Sequence record: SRR20825019_616 | Reading direction: 5' to 3' (one strand) | Length of the DNA stretch: 64,000 nt | Part shown: positions 39,107-49,144 of the stretch, one piece after another | How the letters are laid out: each line of letters opens with the position of its first letter | How positions within the stretch are numbered: the first letter of the stretch is position 1 | Notes under the pieces: generated by a model | What the model saw: the letters and a program-made list of their open reading frames with translations, nothing else | Databases searched by the model: none | What the model was told of the DNA's origin: nothing | Translations under genes and position numbers: made by a program

Positions 39107-40210
39107 ATGGCTAACTTAACAATAAAGAACCTCAAGAAATCCTTCGGGGAGACAGAAATTCTCAAAGGCATCAATCTTGAGATCAAAGACAATGAGTTTG
39201 TGGTGTTTGTCGGACCATCAGGGTGTGGCAAGTCGACCCTGCTACGTTCCATCGCGGGCCTGGAAGAGGTGACCGGTGGCCACATCCTGCTGGATACGAA
39301 AGAGATCACCGATTTGGCCCCGGCCAAACGGGATCTGGCAATGGTGTTCCAGAGCTACGCCCTGTACCCCCATATGTCCGTACGAAAAAACATGTCGTTT
39401 GCACTGGAACTGGCTAAAGAGAAAAAAGAGGTTATCCATAACAAGGTAGCCGAAGCGGCCCGAATTCTGGAGCTGGACCCGCTGCTGGAACGCAAACCCA
39501 AAGAGCTGTCCGGTGGCCAGCGCCAGCGGGTGGCCATTGGTCGTGCAATTGTACGCCAGCCCAAAGTATTCCTGTTCGATGAGCCGCTCTCGAACCTGGA
39601 CGCTGCGCTGCGGGTACAGATGAGGCTCGAGCTGGCCAGACTTCACCACGACCTTAACGCGACCATGATTTACGTGACCCACGACCAGGTCGAGGCTATG
39701 ACTCTGGCGGATAAAGTCGTCGTGTTGAATCAGGGCCGGATTGAGCAGGTAGGCACCCCACTCGACCTATACCGTAACCCGGCCAATCGATTTGTCGCAG
39801 GTTTCCTGGGGATGCCCAAGATGAGCTTCCTGCCGGGCAAAGTAACCGCACTTGATGCCTCAAGCGTCACGGTTGAACTGACCTCCGGTACTACAGTGAC
39901 CTTGCCCGCGGCCAGCGAACACCTGAGTCAGGGCAGTGCTGTCACCGTTGGCGTTCGGCCGGAAAACATCGATGTGGTTGAACCCAGCGAGAGCTCACTG
40001 ACCGGCCACATGGACATCGCCGAAAGCCTGGGTAGCGATACCTATTGCTATGTAAAGACCGATGGCCAGGAAACGCTGACTGTCCGCATGCCCGGCAACT
40101 TTGCCTGCAACTACGGTGATCGCATCGGTTTACGCCTGCATGTGGATGAGTGCCACTTGTTCGACGAGCAAGGCAATGCCGTTCAGAAACCCAGCCGATT
40201 GGCAGCGTGA
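39107..40210 (+). CDS. mtlK: Polyol ABC transporter ATP-binding protein
   Basis: Walker A GPSGCGKS, LSGGQRQR, DEPLSNLD and TOBE tail. Confidence 0.92.
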   Translation: MANLTIKNLKKSFGETEILKGINLEIKDNEFVVFVGPSGCGKSTLLRSIAGLEEVTGGHILLDTKEITDLAPAKRDLAMVFQSYALYPHMSVRKNMSFALELAKEKKEVIHNKVAEAARILELDPLLERKPKELSGGQRQRVAIGRAIVRQPKVFLFDEPLSNLDAALRVQMRLELARLHHDLNATMIYVTHDQVEAMTLADKVVVLNQGRIEQVGTPLDLYRNPANRFVAGFLGMPKMSFLPGKVTALDASSVTVELTSGTTVTLPAASEHLSQGSAVTVGVRPENIDVVEPSESSLTGHMDIAESLGSDTYCYVKTDGQETLTVRMPGNFACNYGDRIGLRLHVDECHLFDEQGNAVQKPSRLAA

Positions 40211-40216
40211 CATCTT

Positions 40217-41683
40217 ATGAAACTGAATAACTCAGCATTGGACCAACTGAGTCCAGAGGTGTCCGTGCCAGCTTACGAACGGAGTAACCTCAGACAAGGC
40301 ATCGTTCATATTGGCGTGGGCGGATTCCACCGTGCCCATGAAGCGGTCTATACCCACCAGCTGTTGCAGGCAGGTGGCAGCCCGGACTGGTCGATTTGTG
40401 GTGTTGGGCTGCGTGAAGGTGATCGGGCCATGCAGCAGGTGTTGTCCGCGCAGGACCACCTGTACACCCTGATCGAGCTCGGCGCCGACCGCACCAATAC
40501 CCTCAGTGTCATCGGCTCCATCACTGGTTTCATGTTCGCGCCTGAGGAGCAGGACGCTGTCATCGAGAAAATGGCGAGCTCCGAAGTAAGGATCGTCTCG
40601 CTGACGATTACCGAGGGTGGCTACAACGTGGACGACAACACCGGGAGGTTCAATGAAAACCACCCGGACGTTCTTCACGACCTGGAAAACCCGCAGCAAC
40701 CGCGCACGGTCTTTGGCTATCTGACTGAGGCCCTATGCCGCCGACGCGAGCGTAATCTGCCGCCATTCACCGTCCTGTCGTGTGACAACCTGCCAGAGAA
40801 CGGCCAGGTGGCCCGCGGTGCCCTGTTGAGCTTTGCCCGCCTGAGGGATGCCGAGCTTGCGGGCTGGATCGGCGAAAAGGTGAGTTTTCCTAGCAGCATG
40901 GTTGACCGCATTACACCGGGAACCCATGACAAACATCGCCAGTGGCTGAAAGATAACTACGACCTGGAAGATGGCTGGCCAGTGATCTGCGAGCCTTTTT
41001 ACCAGTGGGTGCTGGAGGATGATTTCTGTAACGGTCGACCGGAATGGGAAGCGGTGGGTGTTCAGTTCACGGACGACGTCGCCCCTTACGAGCGCATGAA
41101 AATCCGCCTGTTGAATGCCAGCCATTCCGCTATGGCCTACCTCGGGTATCTTTCCGGTTATCGATATACCCACGAGGTCATGGCGGATGATCGGTTCAGC
41201 CGTTTTATTCGCAGCTTCATGGATGAAGACGTGACACCGATACTGGGAGAAATTTCAGGTATCGATGTGCCCGCGTACAAGCAGACCCTGGTCGAACGCT
41301 TCTCCAACCCTCAAATGGGCGACGAGTTGGCCCGGCTGTGTATGGACGGCTCCAGCAAGATACCGAAGTTCCTGGTGCCGACGGTGCAGACACTGGTGAA
41401 CGAAGGACGACCGCTGTCTCGTGTTGCCATGATCATTGCCAGCTGGGCGCTCTACCTCCGTGGCAAAGATGAGAAGGGACAACCGCACGAAATCAATGAT
41501 CCCATGGCCCCCCGGCTGCAGGCGGCCGTTGAAGACAGAGCCAACCTTACCCCGGAGTTTCTGGGGATGGCAGACCTTTTCGGGACCACCCTCGCCAGCT
41601 CCAGCGACTTTGAAGAGGCCTTCGATAGGGCACTCGACAAGCTGGAAACAAAAGGGGTTTTTGCAGCCCTCAGCGAGAGCTGA
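40217..41683 (+). CDS. mtlD: Mannitol 2-dehydrogenase (long-chain polyol dehydrogenase)
   Basis: HIGVGGFHRAH, SLTITEGGY, SCDN, FP.SMVDRITP and KIRLLNASH. Symbol follows Pseudomonas nomenclature. Confidence 0.9.
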   Translation: MKLNNSALDQLSPEVSVPAYERSNLRQGIVHIGVGGFHRAHEAVYTHQLLQAGGSPDWSICGVGLREGDRAMQQVLSAQDHLYTLIELGADRTNTLSVIGSITGFMFAPEEQDAVIEKMASSEVRIVSLTITEGGYNVDDNTGRFNENHPDVLHDLENPQQPRTVFGYLTEALCRRRERNLPPFTVLSCDNLPENGQVARGALLSFARLRDAELAGWIGEKVSFPSSMVDRITPGTHDKHRQWLKDNYDLEDGWPVICEPFYQWVLEDDFCNGRPEWEAVGVQFTDDVAPYERMKIRLLNASHSAMAYLGYLSGYRYTHEVMADDRFSRFIRSFMDEDVTPILGEISGIDVPAYKQTLVERFSNPQMGDELARLCMDGSSKIPKFLVPTVQTLVNEGRPLSRVAMIIASWALYLRGKDEKGQPHEINDPMAPRLQAAVEDRANLTPEFLGMADLFGTTLASSSDFEEAFDRALDKLETKGVFAALSES

Positions 41684-41709
41684 CCTGACGAACATTAGGG
41701 AGCACAGAT

Positions 41710-43350
41710 ATGAATGCACTGGGCAAATCCGAGTCCTGGAGCATGCTGGAACAACTTGCCAACGAGACTCGGAACGACCGGATCGCGGATTATTTCAAAG
41801 CGGATCCGGACCGTTTCGATAAGATGAGCCTCCGGTTAGGCGAGCTGTTTCTGGACTATTCCAAGAACAAGGTATCGCCGCAGGTGATGGATGCGCTGTT
41901 CGAGATGGCCAAACAGTCGCCGTTGGCGTCGCGCCGGGAACAGATGTTTTCCGGGGAAACCATTAACATCACCGAACAGCGGCCGGTTCTGCATACCGCC
42001 TTGCGCAACCTGGGTGAGGCACCGATTGTCGTGAATGGCCACGACGTCATGCCAGAGGTTCGGGCCAGCCTGGAAAAACTCAGGGCCTTCACCGAGCAGG
42101 TCAGGAACGGACAATGGCTGGGCTATACCGGCAAGCGCATTCGCGACGTTGTAAATATCGGCATCGGCGGTTCAGACCTTGGGCCCAGCATGGTGTGTCG
42201 CGCCTTGATTGATTACCAGCATCAGGAAATGAACGTCCACTTCATTTCCAACGTCGACGGCCGTCACCTCAAGAAAGTGCTGAAAGGGCTGGATCCGGAA
42301 ACCACGTTGTTCGTTGTGTCGACCAAGACCTTCTCTACCCAGGAAACCCTGTTGAATGCGAACAGTGCCAAGCGCTGGTTCCAGGCGCAGACGCAAAGCA
42401 CCACAACCGACATGGGCCAGCACTTTGTCGCGGTGTCCACCAACATCAACGCAGCAACGGAATTTGGCATCCGCGAGGACAGCATCTTTGAATTCTGGGA
42501 TTGGGTAGGTGGCCGCTATTCGCTCTGGTCCAGCATTGGCTTGCCCATTGCCTTGAGTATCGGGTTCGATGCATTTATCGAGCTGCTTGAGGGCGCTTTC
42601 ATAATGGACCAGCACTTCAGGGAGGCACCTTTTGAGGCCAATATGCCGGTCGTGCTGGCTCTTATCGGCATCTGGAACATCAATTTCCTGGGCGCCGAAA
42701 CCCAGGCGATTATTCCTTACGATCAGGCGCTGCACCAATTACCGGCGTTCCTCCAGCAACTGGATATGGAAAGTAATGGCAAGTCAGTGGACATCGATGG
42801 CAAGCCGGTCAGCCACGCCACCGGTCCCATTGTGTGGGGGCAAACCGGCTCCAACGGTCAACATGCGTTCTTTCAGTTACTGCATCAGGGCACACGCTTC
42901 GTACCCATCGACTTTATTGCGACGCTGAAACCCGAGGACGACACCAAGGACCACCATTTTGCCTTGCTGACTAACATGCTGGCTCAGGCCAACGCCTTTA
43001 TGAATGGCGACACCCAGAACGACCAATACGCCAGTTGCCCAGGCAATCGCCCAAGCAACGTGCTGCTGATGGACGAACTGACGCCCCGAAATCTGGGCGC
43101 CTTGATTGCTCTGTATGAACACAAGGTCTTTGTGCAGGGTGCTATCTGGAACATCAACTCCTTTGACCAGTGGGGCGTGCAGTTGGGCAAGCGGCTGGCC
43201 AACGATATCAGCCGTGATATTGAACAGCAGAGCGACAAGTATGATCCGTCAACCCAGGGGCTGATGGAGATTGTCAAACAGCACCTGAACACGGGTACAA
43301 CCAATTCGGATCCAGCGGTGGAAAAGATGGAAGAGGGGAGCAGTCGATGA
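41710..43350 (+). CDS. pgi: Glucose-6-phosphate isomerase
   Basis: IGIGGSDLGP, DWVGGRYSLWS, QQLDMESNGK and FDQWGVQLGK. Confidence 0.95.
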   Translation: MNALGKSESWSMLEQLANETRNDRIADYFKADPDRFDKMSLRLGELFLDYSKNKVSPQVMDALFEMAKQSPLASRREQMFSGETINITEQRPVLHTALRNLGEAPIVVNGHDVMPEVRASLEKLRAFTEQVRNGQWLGYTGKRIRDVVNIGIGGSDLGPSMVCRALIDYQHQEMNVHFISNVDGRHLKKVLKGLDPETTLFVVSTKTFSTQETLLNANSAKRWFQAQTQSTTTDMGQHFVAVSTNINAATEFGIREDSIFEFWDWVGGRYSLWSSIGLPIALSIGFDAFIELLEGAFIMDQHFREAPFEANMPVVLALIGIWNINFLGAETQAIIPYDQALHQLPAFLQQLDMESNGKSVDIDGKPVSHATGPIVWGQTGSNGQHAFFQLLHQGTRFVPIDFIATLKPEDDTKDHHFALLTNMLAQANAFMNGDTQNDQYASCPGNRPSNVLLMDELTPRNLGALIALYEHKVFVQGAIWNINSFDQWGVQLGKRLANDISRDIEQQSDKYDPSTQGLMEIVKQHLNTGTTNSDPAVEKMEEGSSR

Positions 43351-44333
43351 TCAAGGTTATTTCATTCGGTGAAGCCCTGGTGGACATGCTCTCAAGCAGG
43401 GTGAGCGAAGACCAGGCTGAAAACTCTGATTCGGTCAACGAGCGCTTCACGAAGTTTCCAGGCGGTGCACCTGCCAACGTAGCCGCTGCGATCGGTAAAC
43501 TCGGCGGAGACAGTTATTTCGCCGGCAAAGTGGGCGCTGACATGTTCGGTGATTTTCTCGTTAAGTCGCTGGAAGCCATGCATGTGCGAACAGACTATCT
43601 GCTGCAAACCAGCGAAGCGAAAACTGCCTTGGCCTTTGTGTCACTGGATAAGACCGGAGAGCGAAGTTTCGAGTTCTACCGGGGACCATCGGCTGACCTG
43701 TTATTCGCCCCACACGAATTCCAGCCAGAATGGTTCGATGACCGCGGCATTTTCCATTTCTGCTCCAACACACTGACTGAACCGGACATTCTGGAAGCAA
43801 CCCAGGCGGGACTGGAAAAGGCCAGATCAGCCGGATGGCTGGTGAGCTTTGATATGAACCTCAGAAATAATCTCTGGCCCAAAGACACAGATCCATATGC
43901 TCCGGTGTGGGCCTGTGTGGAGCAAGCGGATCTTGTGAAGCTATCCGCAGAAGAACTGGCCTTCTTGTGCAGACACCAGAACGAAACCGAGGTGTTGCAG
44001 AAAATCTTGAAGGCAGGCGCTTCTTTGGTGTTGGTTACAGACGGCGGGAAGCCATTGCGTTACTTCACCCCATCTCATTACGGCTGCATCGAGCCACGAA
44101 ACGTGCAGATGGTTGATAGCACCGCCGCTGGCGATGCGTTCGTTGGTGGGTTGCTCTATCGGCTGTCGGACCTGGATATAACCGCTGCCAGTCTTAAGGC
44201 GTTGGGCGAAGACCCCGAGCAACTTGAAGACATACTGACCTTTGCCAGTGCCTGTGGTGCGCATGCGGTCACTCACGCAGGCGCTTTCACCTCTTTGCCA
44301 GGCCTGGAGGAAGTTTCGGCTTACCTGTCCTGA
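43347..44333 (+). CDS. PfkB family carbohydrate kinase, probable fructokinase
   Basis: FGEALVD, PGGAPANVA and DSTAAGDAF. ATGA overlap with pgi. Confidence 0.88.
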   Translation: MIKVISFGEALVDMLSSRVSEDQAENSDSVNERFTKFPGGAPANVAAAIGKLGGDSYFAGKVGADMFGDFLVKSLEAMHVRTDYLLQTSEAKTALAFVSLDKTGERSFEFYRGPSADLLFAPHEFQPEWFDDRGIFHFCSNTLTEPDILEATQAGLEKARSAGWLVSFDMNLRNNLWPKDTDPYAPVWACVEQADLVKLSAEELAFLCRHQNETEVLQKILKAGASLVLVTDGGKPLRYFTPSHYGCIEPRNVQMVDSTAAGDAFVGGLLYRLSDLDITAASLKALGEDPEQLEDILTFASACGAHAVTHAGAFTSLPGLEEVSAYLS

Positions 44334-44356
44334 TGAAGGAATTTTTCGGGGCAGCC

Positions 44357-45541
44357 TCAACCATTGCGCTCACATATAAGCTGCATAAATGTTGTCACTG
44401 TCAGAAGGGTTAGCAGTATACCGGTTCCGATAATCAACCCAGACAGGTGCAGCACACTCGCCAAGAAACCAAGGGCAACAAGCAACATCGCCGCGATACC
44501 GTAAATCCATGGAATCCTTTGCGCCATGACCCGGAAGAATAGCATTCCCCCAACCAGGAACAGGATCGGCCCAGCAGTAGCAATTACGACTGCCGGCAAA
44601 TGAATGGCCGTCGAAGGGTGCGCAACAATCTCTTCGATTCCCACAGCCATGGTAATGGCGCCACATACCATTATGCCATGTGCGTAGGCCAATCCGGATC
44701 GGGCCAGCCGAGTGTGGCCTGATGCGCTGGAGAAACGGCTTTCTCCGGTTTCAGTGGCATGTACAAAATACAGCCACCACAGTGAAACAATCATGAGAAA
44801 ACCAATGGCGGATGCGGTAATCACGTCAGGGGTAAGTTCCCGTTCGGTCAGTAGTCCGCCAAGCAACAGGATTGATTCACCAAGGGCAATGATGAACACC
44901 TGCTGATTCCTCTCCAGCAGGTGCAGACCACGCAGCGGCCATGTATCCATTGGCGTGGCGCCAATTCTTGGGAGCCAGAACCCGAAGTAGGGTGCGGAGT
45001 AATCAATAAGGACGGCGACTACCCACAGGATCAGCCGATGTTCCGGAACGATTGCGCCGGCGATCCAGAGTATCGAGGAAAAGGTACTCCAACATCCTAG
45101 TTGCGCATAGTTTCGGCCCATGCGTGTGCCCCGAAAGACCAATGCCATATAAATCGCTCGCACCAACGCCATGGTGACGTAGGCGCCCGCAAACAGGCTG
45201 GCTTTGTCCGTGTATGCTGAGGGCATGGCGACGGCCATGGCCAACGCGCAGGCTATCAACAGGATCATCAGAGTGCGGCCGCTATGGTGATCCGGATTGA
45301 CCCAATTTGTTGCCCACGCGGTGTAGTTCCACGCCCACCAAACCGCTGCAAACAGCGTAACGGACTCCATTGCTCCGGTGGCTGTTTGATGGGATAGCAA
45401 GTAATGGGAGAGCTGAATGATCGCAAACACGTAGACGAGATCGAGAAACAACTCCATGTTGGTCACATGCGGTGTTTCCCCATCCTCAAGTTGTCTTAGT
45501 GCCGTGGTCGGCACAACTCGATGAAGAATGGTGTCTGTCAC
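44357..45541 (-). CDS. Low temperature requirement protein A (LtrA) family membrane protein
   Basis: ELF.DLV.VFA..QL, WWAW, H..ER...F.IIALGE and LWWLYF. Confidence 0.88.
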   Translation of the reverse strand: MTDTILHRVVPTTALRQLEDGETPHVTNMELFLDLVYVFAIIQLSHYLLSHQTATGAMESVTLFAAVWWAWNYTAWATNWVNPDHHSGRTLMILLIACALAMAVAMPSAYTDKASLFAGAYVTMALVRAIYMALVFRGTRMGRNYAQLGCWSTFSSILWIAGAIVPEHRLILWVVAVLIDYSAPYFGFWLPRIGATPMDTWPLRGLHLLERNQQVFIIALGESILLLGGLLTERELTPDVITASAIGFLMIVSLWWLYFVHATETGESRFSSASGHTRLARSGLAYAHGIMVCGAITMAVGIEEIVAHPSTAIHLPAVVIATAGPILFLVGGMLFFRVMAQRIPWIYGIAAMLLVALGFLASVLHLSGLIIGTGILLTLLTVTTFMQLICERNG

Positions 45542-45542
45542 G

Positions 45543-45794
45543 TTATAGCTTTCTCGCAATGATGACTGCAGTCAGTGCCGGCACTCCGAAAACGAACAGG
45601 AAGATAGGCAGTTCCGCCATAAAGGAGTATCCGGCATGAAGGATCCCGACGCCCATGTTTGCGGCCGCACACAGGAACCAGGCAACAATGTAGAGGGGCA
45701 AAACAGATTTGAACGTCCGACCCGTAGTCCTGGCGACAACGATCACTACAGCCAGAAGAGCGAATCCACCCAGAATAATCATTAACGTATGCAT
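45543..45794 (-). CDS. Small hypothetical membrane protein (3 TM)
   Basis: GAGGA RBS, hydrophobic segments and N..VG...AGYS...ELPI pattern. Abuts ltrA. Confidence 0.7.
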   Translation of the reverse strand: MHTLMIILGGFALLAVVIVVARTTGRTFKSVLPLYIVAWFLCAAANMGVGILHAGYSFMAELPIFLFVFGVPALTAVIIARKL

Positions 45795-45855
45795 TATTTG
45801 AGTCCTCTAGTACTGGTATACGGCGAGTGGAGAGAATGAAGCCGCCAGTAGGTTA

Positions 45856-45878
45856 AGGAGGCGGTAACACCGCCTCCT
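45856..45878 (-). terminator. GC-rich hairpin downstream of the SDR gene
   Basis: AGGAGGCGGT-AAC-ACCGCCTCCT is a perfect 10-bp stem with a weak U-tract. Confidence 0.5.
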
Positions 45879-45891
45879 CTTAGTTGTCTTA

Positions 45892-46665
45892 TTACTTGGT
45901 AGTGTAGCCACCATTTACCAAAATGGTTTGCCCGGTCATCCACCAACCTTCGGATACCATAAACCGTACATAGGGCACGATATCGTCTATCTCTGTCAGC
46001 CCGGACTTGGAGAACGACGAAAGGGCGGCTGCCGTTTTGTGAAACGCTACAGCATCGTCGCTTTCTGCCGGATAGAAGAAAGGGGTATCCATCGGCCCGG
46101 GGCCAATGGCGGTCACTGAAATGCCGCGTTCCCCAAATTCTTTAGAGGCGGCCCGGGTAAAGTGTTCCACCGGAGCCTTCATACCCGCATAGGCCGAGTA
46201 AAAAGGTGTGTAGGCGCCCAACAGAGAGGTCACTATCGTGCAGACCTTTCCGTTGTCATTAAGGTATTTGCCCGCCTCTTTCAGGAAAAAGAATGCGGAC
46301 TTCGAGTTAATCGCACTCATGGCGTCGTATTCTTGCTCGCTGATTTCTACCATGGGCTTCTTCAACACCATGCCTACGGTATTGATCGCGATATCCGGCT
46401 TACCGAAAGTTGCCTCGGTGTCAGCGAATAGCTTTTCGACGTTGTCAGCCTTGGTCAAATCCTGTTGAAAGATCGCGGCTTCAGCCCCCGCGGCTCGAAC
46501 CTTTGAGGCTGTTTCTTCGGCCGCTGCCTTTGTTGAATCACTGTTGTAATGAATAGCGATGGCTTTCGCTTTGTTGGCGGCGAGGTCCTGTGCCAGGAGC
46601 CCGCCCAGGTTCTTGGCGCCACCGGCGATGAGGACTACTTTGCCTTCAATGCTGTTTCGAGACAT
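45892..46665 (-). CDS. Short-chain dehydrogenase/reductase
   Basis: GGAKNLG, YAGMK (YxxxK) and TGQTILVNGG. Start reassigned to MSRNS. Confidence 0.9.
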   Translation of the reverse strand: MSRNSIEGKVVLIAGGAKNLGGLLAQDLAANKAKAIAIHYNSDSTKAAAEETASKVRAAGAEAAIFQQDLTKADNVEKLFADTEATFGKPDIAINTVGMVLKKPMVEISEQEYDAMSAINSKSAFFFLKEAGKYLNDNGKVCTIVTSLLGAYTPFYSAYAGMKAPVEHFTRAASKEFGERGISVTAIGPGPMDTPFFYPAESDDAVAFHKTAAALSSFSKSGLTEIDDIVPYVRFMVSEGWWMTGQTILVNGGYTTK

Positions 46666-46804
46666 TGTCTTTATCCCTTGCTGTGTGTTTTTCGATTGGC
46701 GGAGGCTTCCCGCCAGGTTCACAATCAGGTTAGGCTGTAGGTTATTCTGAATAAATAGCGTATTTAGAACAGCAGTTGTCGAAAAACACGAACAATTGGA
46801 TGGT

Positions 46805-47716
46805 ATGGACAGGATTCGGCAGGTACAGGTTTTTATCCAGGTTATGGAAAGCGGGAACTTCACGCGCGCGGCTGAAGTATTGAACATTCCCCGTTCAACT
46901 GTTTCTACGACGATTCAGGCCTTGGAAGATCGGCTGGGAGCCCAACTACTGCAGCGTACTACCCGGCAAGTTGCGCCCACTCACGATGGATTGCAGTTCC
47001 TCGAGGCCGCACAAACACTCATGGATGCTTTTGAGGCGGCAGAATCAATATTTCGTCAACGCCCCCAACAGGCGGAAGGTCGCTTGCACGTGGATATCCC
47101 GAGCCGTATCGGACGTCGTATCGTTATTCCGGCATTGCCAGAGTTTCTGAAGCAGAATCCAAGGGTGAAACTGGAATTCAGTATGAACGACCGAATCATC
47201 AATATGCTGACGGAGGGCGTGGATTGTGTGGTCAGGGTAGGGCACCTCCCAGACTCCGAGCTGGTATGCAAAAAAATGGGTGAAATCGAAGTCATAAACT
47301 GCGCCAGTCCGATCTATCTAGCGCAACAGGGTACGCCAAACTCTCTAGACGACATGGATGGTCACATTCTTGTCAATTATGCGGTCAATCTGCCGGCGCT
47401 AGCGGCCGAATGGGAATACGTGGAGGACGGTCGGCAACGGATAATAAAAATGCAGAGTGCGATTACCGTGGACAACGCAGAAGCCTATATCGCCAGCGCA
47501 AAGGCCGGTCTTGGCATTATTCAAGTTCCAAAGTTTGACGTTCAGGATGCTCTTGAAAGCGGGGAACTCATTCAGATTCTCGATGCGTATAAAGCTCCCT
47601 CGTTACCAATATCGTTGTTGTATCCAAGCCGTCGAAATCTGCCGTTGCGCCTACGAGTATTCCAGAGCTGGGTAACGGAGTTATTCTCAGAATATGGTTT
47701 GTTGGAGGATGGTTAA
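46805..47716 (+). CDS. LysR family regulator, divergent from the SDR
   Basis: GNFTRAA...LE.RLG..LLQRTTR and EGVDCVVRVG. Confidence 0.93.
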   Translation: MDRIRQVQVFIQVMESGNFTRAAEVLNIPRSTVSTTIQALEDRLGAQLLQRTTRQVAPTHDGLQFLEAAQTLMDAFEAAESIFRQRPQQAEGRLHVDIPSRIGRRIVIPALPEFLKQNPRVKLEFSMNDRIINMLTEGVDCVVRVGHLPDSELVCKKMGEIEVINCASPIYLAQQGTPNSLDDMDGHILVNYAVNLPALAAEWEYVEDGRQRIIKMQSAITVDNAEAYIASAKAGLGIIQVPKFDVQDALESGELIQILDAYKAPSLPISLLYPSRRNLPLRLRVFQSWVTELFSEYGLLEDG

Positions 47717-47823
47717 TGGCGCCCAGTTTTCCTTGGTGTGCGTCACAGTTGTCTATACTTATCTGACTACAGGAATGGGGATACCCGCCGTTCTCGAACC
47801 CAAAGCGCAGTGGGGCGCCTCTC

Positions 47824-48615
47824 ATGCAGCGTGCAGTATCAGTTGTCATACATTACGGGATTATCGCGGTGTTGCTGGTGCTTTATGGAACCCTCAGCCA
47901 TGCAGCCGCACCATCCTCGACGATAAAGATCTGCTATGAACCCTGGGACCCATACATCTTTAAGGATCATCAGGGAGAGATGCGCGGCATTGCCGTGGAA
48001 CTGATGAATGCCGCGCTCAATGATCTGGGGCTGATCGCTGCCTACGAGGAATTGCCGTTTAAACGCTGTATTTCAGAGGTTCAGTCAGGCGCCTCAGACA
48101 TCGCCGTACCAATAACAGAGGGGCGGGACAAGCTTCTGCACTCGCGAACGATATTTGCTCACTGGACATTGGCTGCGATCGTACCTGAGAGCCTATCCAT
48201 TGAGGGGCCGGTGACGCTTGAGAAGCTGGATGACCTTAGCGTGCTGATCATCAGCGGGTATGTTTACCCGGACAATATCACGCGCTGGGCAGAGACCCAT
48301 CAGGATATTACCGAGATCACCTATTCCTCTGATGGCGAGGGAATGGTGCCTTTCCGCATGCTCGAATTCGGGCGGGCCGATGCATTCATAGAAGACAACT
48401 TCTGGAGCGCCAATCTGATCCAGGATCACGATCTGGCGCTTCGCGTTCTGGAACCAGCGCTTGGTTCTTCGGTCAGTGTGGCCGGTTATCGCAATGAACT
48501 TGCCGGTCTGCGCGATGACATTGATCGAGTCCTTGCATCAAGGGGGCAGGCTTTCAGAGACGAGCTGTTTAAGAAATATACCGGTTATGCCGAGTCGTTT
48601 TTCTCCGGTCAGTGA
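47824..48615 (+). CDS. Periplasmic substrate-binding protein, family 3-like, stand-alone
   Basis: Signal peptide, W.PY, G..VEL, LPFKRC, GY.Y and GRAD.FI. Confidence 0.8.
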   Translation: MQRAVSVVIHYGIIAVLLVLYGTLSHAAAPSSTIKICYEPWDPYIFKDHQGEMRGIAVELMNAALNDLGLIAAYEELPFKRCISEVQSGASDIAVPITEGRDKLLHSRTIFAHWTLAAIVPESLSIEGPVTLEKLDDLSVLIISGYVYPDNITRWAETHQDITEITYSSDGEGMVPFRMLEFGRADAFIEDNFWSANLIQDHDLALRVLEPALGSSVSVAGYRNELAGLRDDIDRVLASRGQAFRDELFKKYTGYAESFFSGQ

Positions 48616-48682
48616 GCTCAAGCTTCCCCAGCAACGTAAATCGTGCAACACAGTGCGTGGAACACAGTGAAGGGAGAGACCA

Positions 48683-49144
48683 ATGATTAACCTGACCATA
48701 AACGGACAGCTGCATGAGCTGGACGTCCCCGACAATATGCCGTTGCTTTGGGCCATTCGGGACGTTGTCGGCATGAAAGGCACCAAGTTCGGGTGCGGTA
48801 TCGCCCAATGCGGTGCTTGTACGGTTCATCTCGATGGGGTCGCCACCCGATCATGCATAACGCCGGTCTCCGCAGCTCAGGGAGAGATCACGACCATAGA
48901 GGCCATGGCCGACGACCCGGTTGGCAGCAAAGTCCAGCAGGCGTGGCTGGACCTGGGTGTGGCCCAGTGTGGCTACTGCCAGGGTGGCCAGATCATGAAT
49001 GCCACAGCTCTGCTGAAGAAAACACCGGAACCGGAAACCCAGGAAATCATCGATGCCATGGCGGGCAACCTCTGCCGGTGTGGCACCTACAATCGCATTC
49101 TGGCGGCCATTGAGCGGGCTGCGGACAAGGAGGTGAGCTCATGA
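48683..49144 (+). CDS. iorA: (2Fe-2S) small subunit of an isoquinoline 1-oxidoreductase-like molybdoenzyme
   Basis: GTKFGCGIAQCGACTV, QCGYCQ and NLCRCGTY. Confidence 0.9.
   Translation: MINLTINGQLHELDVPDNMPLLWAIRDVVGMKGTKFGCGIAQCGACTVHLDGVATRSCITPVSAAQGEITTIEAMADDPVGSKVQQAWLDLGVAQCGYCQGGQIMNATALLKKTPEPETQEIIDAMAGNLCRCGTYNRILAAIERAADKEVSS

Noticed and set aside
46666-46887. 74-aa N-terminal extension of the SDR ORF
   Set aside because: Runs through the divergent promoter into the LysR gene. The SDR fold starts at 46665.
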